From: Candidatus Calidihabitans tengchongensis
GTDB lineage: Bacteria; Sysuimicrobiota; Sysuimicrobiia; Sysuimicrobiales; Kaftiobacteriaceae
Direction of reading: 5' to 3'
DNA: 64,000 nt
NCBI GenBank assembly: GCA_031459615.1
Contig: JAVKIE010000004.1
Location: 76,955 to 140,954 of the forward strand
Numbering within the stretch: position 1 is the first letter of the stretch; every line of letters starts with the position of its first letter. A program made the translations under genes and the position numbers. This document shows positions 59,384 to 64,000 of the stretch, piece by piece. The notes beneath the pieces are model-generated. The model ran no database searches, was not told the origin of the DNA, and saw nothing but the letters and a program-made list of their open reading frames with translations.

Positions 59384-60064
59384 CTAGCGGCCCGCCAGCA
59401 GGGCGGCGTGAATCTGCTGCGCGGGGACCACCGCGGCGATGTCCTGCCGGTCCGCCAGAAACCCGACCACCATGCCGATCAGCAGCCCGTCGGCCGCGTC
59501 CACCACCGGCGACCCGCTGGTGCCCGGGGCGCTGAACAGGGGGAGGGCGACGGCCGAGGGGTGGTTGTGGAAGCGGATCTCCCACAGCACCCGCGGGATG
59601 CCGGCGTCCGCGACCCGCACGTCCGCGTCGCGGTCGCGCAGCAGGTACAGGACCCTGAACGCCCCGGAGGGCAGCGGTTTCCACGCCCGCAGGGCGGGGA
59701 GCTGGCCCCGGGGAACCCACAGTGCCATCACGTCCAGGTCCTCCCAGCGGGCCATGGCCGTGGCGTAGACGGCCTGGCCCGTGGAGACGTGCAGGCGGTA
59801 GCGGGCGTCGGGGCGGAAGCAGTGGGCGGCGGTGTAGACCGCGCTGCGGGACGGTTCGCTCCACCCCACCCACCCGGTGCACACCCCGCGCATCTCGGCG
59901 AGTTCCACATCCACCCGCACGGCAACCCGCGCGAGGAGCGCGCGCCAGCGGTCCTCCTGCGCGGGCGCGGCGCGTCCCACCGAGAGGATCCCCAGCCAGG
60001 CCAGCGCCGCGGCCAGGGCACCCGCGCCCGGTCTCCGGGGCATCGGCAGCACATCGCATCCCAT
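59384..60064 (-). CDS. Secreted trypsin-like (S1) serine protease
   Basis: Start near MGCDVLPMPRRPGAGALAAALAWLGILSVGRAAPA. TAAHCF (His) and GTSGSPVV (Ser) are present. The listed ORF's first about 94 codons are Pro/Ala/Arg-rich, likely non-coding. Confidence 0.6.
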   Translation of the reverse strand: MGCDVLPMPRRPGAGALAAALAWLGILSVGRAAPAQEDRWRALLARVAVRVDVELAEMRGVCTGWVGWSEPSRSAVYTAAHCFRPDARYRLHVSTGQAVYATAMARWEDLDVMALWVPRGQLPALRAWKPLPSGAFRVLYLLRDRDADVRVADAGIPRVLWEIRFHNHPSAVALPLFSAPGTSGSPVVDAADGLLIGMVVGFLADRQDIAAVVPAQQIHAALLAGR

Positions 60065-60505
60065 GCCCGCGGCCTCCGGGAAGGTAGACGGCTTTTCGGG
60101 TGGCGCGTGCCTCAAAGACGGGTCCCGGGCACGTGGGGGAGGGGACGGTGCGGTGCTCCCCGCCCACGGCGCCCCTGACCGCCCGGAAGAGGGAAGCCGG
60201 CGGGGAATCCGTTCCGGCGGCCCCGGACCTTCCCCGCCCTCGACCTTGACAGCCCCGGCGGGGCGTGCTAGGGTGAATTCCCGTCTCGACGGAAGGCCGG
60301 CACACCGGGCCGCCTGCGAAGCCATCGAACCCGCGGCCCGGTGCAAGGCGCCGGACCCCGAGACGGGATCGGGCGGCTGCGTCGGCCGAGAGACCTGGCG
60401 TCAGGTCACTCGGCGGCAGCCGCCCGGCGTTAGGCCTCCCCGCGTCCGGTCCGGGAACTTTTTGCCCCTCCGATCCGTCGGTGTCATCGGACTGGAGGTG
60501 GCCTC

Positions 60506-61126
60506 ATGCGGATGCATCGGGTGGCTGCGGTTCTGGCGGCGGTGGTCCTGGTCCCTCTGACCGGCGCGTGGGCGGACCACCGCGACGGTGTCGGGCTGTA
60601 CGGACGCATGGCCGTGGACGGCGTGGTGGTGTCCGTCCGCCCCCTGACGTCCACGTTTGCCCTGCGGGTGGTGCGGCCGTCCCACATCCGGGAGCGGGGG
60701 GACCCGATCCTGACCGTATGGGTGCAGCGGGGAACCCGGGTGGACGAGGGGGGGCATCCCCTGGCGGTGCTGGATGCCCTGCGCCCCGGAGACCGGGTGC
60801 GCGTGGACGGCTTCCGCCTGGACGACGGTCGCCTGCTCGCCCTGGAGATGGAGGTGCGGGAGCGCGCCGGCGTGACCCCCGGGTCGGGCGTGGTGGTCGT
60901 GCGGGGCGTGGTGGTGGCCCGGGGGCCTGCCCTCATCGTGATCGTCGATAGCCAGGGAACCACGCGCGTCATCCTGGTGGTGGCCACCACCCGCCTAGTG
61001 GGCCCGCGGCAGGCGTTCCACCTGCTGCAGCCCCGGGACGAGGTGGTCGTTCTGGGACTGGCCAACGCCGACGGGACGATCGCCGCCCGGCAGATCCAGG
61101 TGGTGGCCGTCTCTCCCGGGCCCTGA
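60506..61126 (+). CDS. Secreted hypothetical protein (DUF5666-like beta-rich)
   Basis: RBS GGAGGTGG. Signal peptide MRMHRVAAVLAAVVLVPLTGAWA. Valine-rich repeats. 206 aa. Adjacent to csoR-copA. Confidence 0.5.
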   Translation: MRMHRVAAVLAAVVLVPLTGAWADHRDGVGLYGRMAVDGVVVSVRPLTSTFALRVVRPSHIRERGDPILTVWVQRGTRVDEGGHPLAVLDALRPGDRVRVDGFRLDDGRLLALEMEVRERAGVTPGSGVVVVRGVVVARGPALIVIVDSQGTTRVILVVATTRLVGPRQAFHLLQPRDEVVVLGLANADGTIAARQIQVVAVSPGP

Positions 61127-61232
61127 ATCCCCGCGCCCGGGCCGCCTCCCCTCCCGGAGCATTTGCGTCCGCCCGCCCCCCGGGGTACACTGGGAGGAGA
61201 ACCCCCCCCAGGGGGGAGGGGAGGTCGGCGAG

Positions 61233-61541
61233 ATGGCACTGTCGGGCCAGCACCTCCGCCACGGCAGCGAGGACGTCCGTACCCGGGTGGCCGCGCGGCT
61301 GCGCAGCATCGAGGGCCACGTGCGGGGCGTGACCCGCATGGTGGAGGAAGGCGCCTACTGCATCGACATCATCAAGCAGACGCTGGCCATCCAGCGGGCG
61401 CTGGAGAAGGTCAACGCGCTGCTGCTGGAAGACCACCTGAAGACGTGCGCCAGCACGGCCATCCGGTCGGCCGACCGGGCGGAGCGGGAGCGGACCATCC
61501 GCGAACTGCTGGAGGTCTTTGAGACCTCCGGGCGGCTGTAG
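61233..61541 (+). CDS. csoR: CsoR-family metal-sensing transcriptional repressor (copper)
   Basis: [51 protein letters not shown] carries the C-H-C ligand pattern of CsoR/RcnR (DUF156). 102 aa. Confidence 0.85.
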   Translation: MALSGQHLRHGSEDVRTRVAARLRSIEGHVRGVTRMVEEGAYCIDIIKQTLAIQRALEKVNALLLEDHLKTCASTAIRSADRAERERTIRELLEVFETSGRL

Positions 61542-61564
61542 CAGCGCCGGGAGGAGCGGATCCC

Positions 61565-64000
61565 ATGGTGACGGCGACGGACATCAGGGAGATCGACCTT
61601 CCCGTGGAGGGGATGAGCTGCGCCAGCTGCGTCCTGAAGGTGGAGGACGCGCTGCGCGCCGCCGGCGGCGCGGTGGAGGTGGCCGTCAACCTGGCCACCG
61701 CCCGGGCCCGGGTGGCCTACGACCCGCACCGCACGGATCTCACCCGCCTGGTGCGCGCCGTGCGCTCCGCCGGATACGACGTTCCCCTGCGCCGGGTGCA
61801 GATTCCGGTGCGGGGCATGTCCTGCGCCTCCTGCGTGGAGAAGGTGGAGCGGGCGCTGCGATCGGTGGACGGGGTCGTGGCGGCGTCGGTGAACCTCGCC
61901 CTGGAGCGGGCCACCGTGGAGATGGTGGCCACCACCCCCGTGGCGGACCTGCGCCGGGCCATCCGGGAGGCGGGCTACGAGCCCCTGGAGGCGGAGGGGG
62001 AGGAGGCCTGGGACTACGAGCGGCAGGCGCGGGCCCGGGAGCTGGCGGCCCTGCGCCGGCGGCTGGTGGGAGCGGCTCTGCTCAGCCTGCCCCTGCTGTG
62101 GGGCAGCCTGGCCCACATGGGGCTGCCCGTGCCGGCCCCGGAGGTCCTGATGTCCCCGTGGGTCCAGCTGGTCCTGGCCACGCCGGTGCAGTTCTGGGCC
62201 GGCTGGCAGTTCTACCGCGGCGCCTGGATCCTGGCCCGCCGGGGGACGTCGGACATGAACACCCTGATCGCGGTGGGGACCAGCGCGGCCTACCTGTACA
62301 GCCTGGTGGCCACGGTGGCGCCCCAGGTCTTCACCGCCCGCGGGCTCGTCCCCCAGGTCTTCTACGAAACCGCCGCCATCATCATCGTCCTGATCCTCCT
62401 GGGACGGTATCTGGAGGCGCGCGCCCGCGGCCAGACCTCGGAGGCCATCCGGCGGTTGATGGACCTGCGGCCCACCACGGCCCGCGTCCTGCGCGACGGC
62501 CGCGAGGTCGAGGTCCCCGTGGAGGACGTGCAGGTGGGCGACGTGCTCGTGGTGCGGCCCGGGGAGAAGGTGCCGGTGGACGGGGTGATCCTGGAAGGTC
62601 GCTCGGCGCTGGACGAGTCCATGATCACGGGAGAGTCGCTGCCCGTGGAGCGGGGGCCGGGAGACCGGGTCATCGGCGCCACCATCAACACCACCGGCGC
62701 GTTCACCTTCCGGGCCACCCAGGTGGGCAAGGACACGGTGCTGGCCCAGATCATCCGGCTGGTCCAGGACGCGCAGGCGAGCAAGGCGCCCATCCAGCGG
62801 CTGGCGGACCGGGTCAGCGCCCGCTTCGTCCCCGCCGTCATCGCGGTGGCCGTGGGGACTTTCGGGATCTGGCTGGCGTTCGGCCCGCCGCCGGCTCTCA
62901 CCCACGCCCTGGTGGCGTTTGTGTCGGTCCTCATCATCGCCTGCCCGTGCGCCCTGGGTCTGGCCACCCCCACGGCCATCATGGTGGGGACCGGCCGGGC
63001 GGCCGAGAGGGGAGTCCTGATCAAGAGCGGCGAGGCCCTGGAGATCGCTCACCGGGTGGACACCGTGGTCCTGGACAAGACGGGCACGCTCACCCGGGGA
63101 CGGCCCGCGGTCACCGACGTGGTGCCCCTCAACGGGTTCTCGGCCGCCGAGGTGCTGGGTCTGGCCGCGGCCGCCGAGTGGGGCTCGGAGCACCCCCTGG
63201 GGCAGGCCGTGGTCCGGCGCGCGGCCGACGAGGGGTTGCAGCCTCCCCGGCCGGAGCGGTTTTCCGCGCTGCCGGGCCTGGGGATCGAGGCCGTGGCAGA
63301 CGGGCGACAGGTCCTGGTGGGAACTCCCCGCCTGCTGGAGCAGCGCGGCGTGCCGTCGGACGGGGCGGCAGACGTCGGGCGGGCGCTGGCCGGAGAGGGC
63401 AAGACTCCCCTCTACGTGGCGGTGGACGGGACGGTGGCCGGGGTGGTGGCGGTGGCTGACACGCTCAAGCCCTACGCCCGGGAGGTGGTCCATGCGCTGC
63501 GGCAGATGGGCCTGGACGTCGTCATGCTGACCGGAGACAACCGGGTCACGGCCCAGGCCATCGGCGCCCAGGTGGGGATCTCCCGGGTCCTGGCCGAGGT
63601 CCTGCCCCAGCACAAGGTGGAGGAAATCCGGCGCCTGCAGGCCGCCGGGCGGGTGGTGGCCATGGTGGGCGACGGGATCAACGATGCTCCGGCCCTGGTG
63701 CAGGCGGATCTGGGCGTGGCCATCGACGCGGGGACCGACGTGGCCATGGAGTCGGCCGACATCGTCCTGGTGGGGGATGACCTGCGGGGAATTCTCACCG
63801 CCATCCGCATCAGCCGGCGGACGGTGCGCACGATCCGGCAGAACCTGTTCTGGGCCTTCGCGTACAACGTGATCCTGATCCCGGTGGCCGCGGGGGCGCT
63901 GTACCCGGCGTTCGGCATCCTGCTCAACCCCATGCTGGCCGCGCTGGCCATGGCCTTCAGTTCGGTGTCGGTGGTCACCAACAGCCTGCGACTGCGGGCG
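61565..64000 (+). CDS. copA: Copper-translocating P1B-type ATPase, 3'-truncated by window end
   Basis: Two N-terminal HMA domains (GMSCASCV x2), CPC ([13 protein letters not shown]), DKTGTLT phosphorylation site, GDGINDAP. The ORF is open to 64000. Confidence 0.9.
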   Translation, partial: MVTATDIREIDLPVEGMSCASCVLKVEDALRAAGGAVEVAVNLATARARVAYDPHRTDLTRLVRAVRSAGYDVPLRRVQIPVRGMSCASCVEKVERALRSVDGVVAASVNLALERATVEMVATTPVADLRRAIREAGYEPLEAEGEEAWDYERQARARELAALRRRLVGAALLSLPLLWGSLAHMGLPVPAPEVLMSPWVQLVLATPVQFWAGWQFYRGAWILARRGTSDMNTLIAVGTSAAYLYSLVATVAPQVFTARGLVPQVFYETAAIIIVLILLGRYLEARARGQTSEAIRRLMDLRPTTARVLRDGREVEVPVEDVQVGDVLVVRPGEKVPVDGVILEGRSALDESMITGESLPVERGPGDRVIGATINTTGAFTFRATQVGKDTVLAQIIRLVQDAQASKAPIQRLADRVSARFVPAVIAVAVGTFGIWLAFGPPPALTHALVAFVSVLIIACPCALGLATPTAIMVGTGRAAERGVLIKSGEALEIAHRVDTVVLDKTGTLTRGRPAVTDVVPLNGFSAAEVLGLAAAAEWGSEHPLGQAVVRRAADEGLQPPRPERFSALPGLGIEAVADGRQVLVGTPRLLEQRGVPSDGAADVGRALAGEGKTPLYVAVDGTVAGVVAVADTLKPYAREVVHALRQMGLDVVMLTGDNRVTAQAIGAQVGISRVLAEVLPQHKVEEIRRLQAAGRVVAMVGDGINDAPALVQADLGVAIDAGTDVAMESADIVLVGDDLRGILTAIRISRRTVRTIRQNLFWAFAYNVILIPVAAGALYPAFGILLNPMLAALAMAFSSVSVVTNSLRLRA

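Overview
This 64 kb window is very high-GC (about 70-73 %) bacterial chromosomal DNA, densely coding on both strands. The gene organisation is Firmicute-like: a T-box leader in front of an ilvB-ilvN-ilvC-leuA-leuC-leuD-leuB-ilvD operon, a CIRCE operator upstream of groEL, an rph-rdgB pair, and tRNA genes with encoded CCA. This points to a Thermaerobacter/Limnochordia-type thermophile, but that assignment is inference only. The many long ORFs on the strand opposite real genes are high-GC shadow ORFs and are not called.

Content in order:
- an ABC-importer/sugar-acid catabolic operon (permease, substrate-binding protein, PfkB kinase, RraA-like aldolase, IclR regulator)
- a GGDEF gene inactivated by an internal deletion
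- zur-znuA-znuC-znuB
- a dienelactone hydrolase and two LLM-class oxidoreductases
- a cell-wall amidase, MBL hydrolase, rph and rdgB cluster
- an NHEJ locus: ku, a DUF72 gene, and a three-domain ligD
- zwf
- M28 and HtrA-like proteases
- a MoxR/DUF58/VWA/VWA (Bat-like) operon plus a third VWA paralog
- an intact membrane GGDEF cyclase
- tRNA-Pro, tRNA-Arg and tRNA-His
- a Bcp peroxiredoxin, endonuclease V and THEP1 NTPase
- an M48 peptidase/roadblock-domain/DUF3048 operon
- a copper locus: two tandem paralogous secreted proteins of no recognisable family, copC, a copC-copD fusion, and a four-zinc-ribbon protein
- the ilv-leu operon with a small unlisted ORF between leuD and leuB
- groEL without groES
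- csoR and a partial copA

Several families of small, lower-GC intergenic repeats sit at convergent gene ends. Coordinates of gene starts are approximate where noted.
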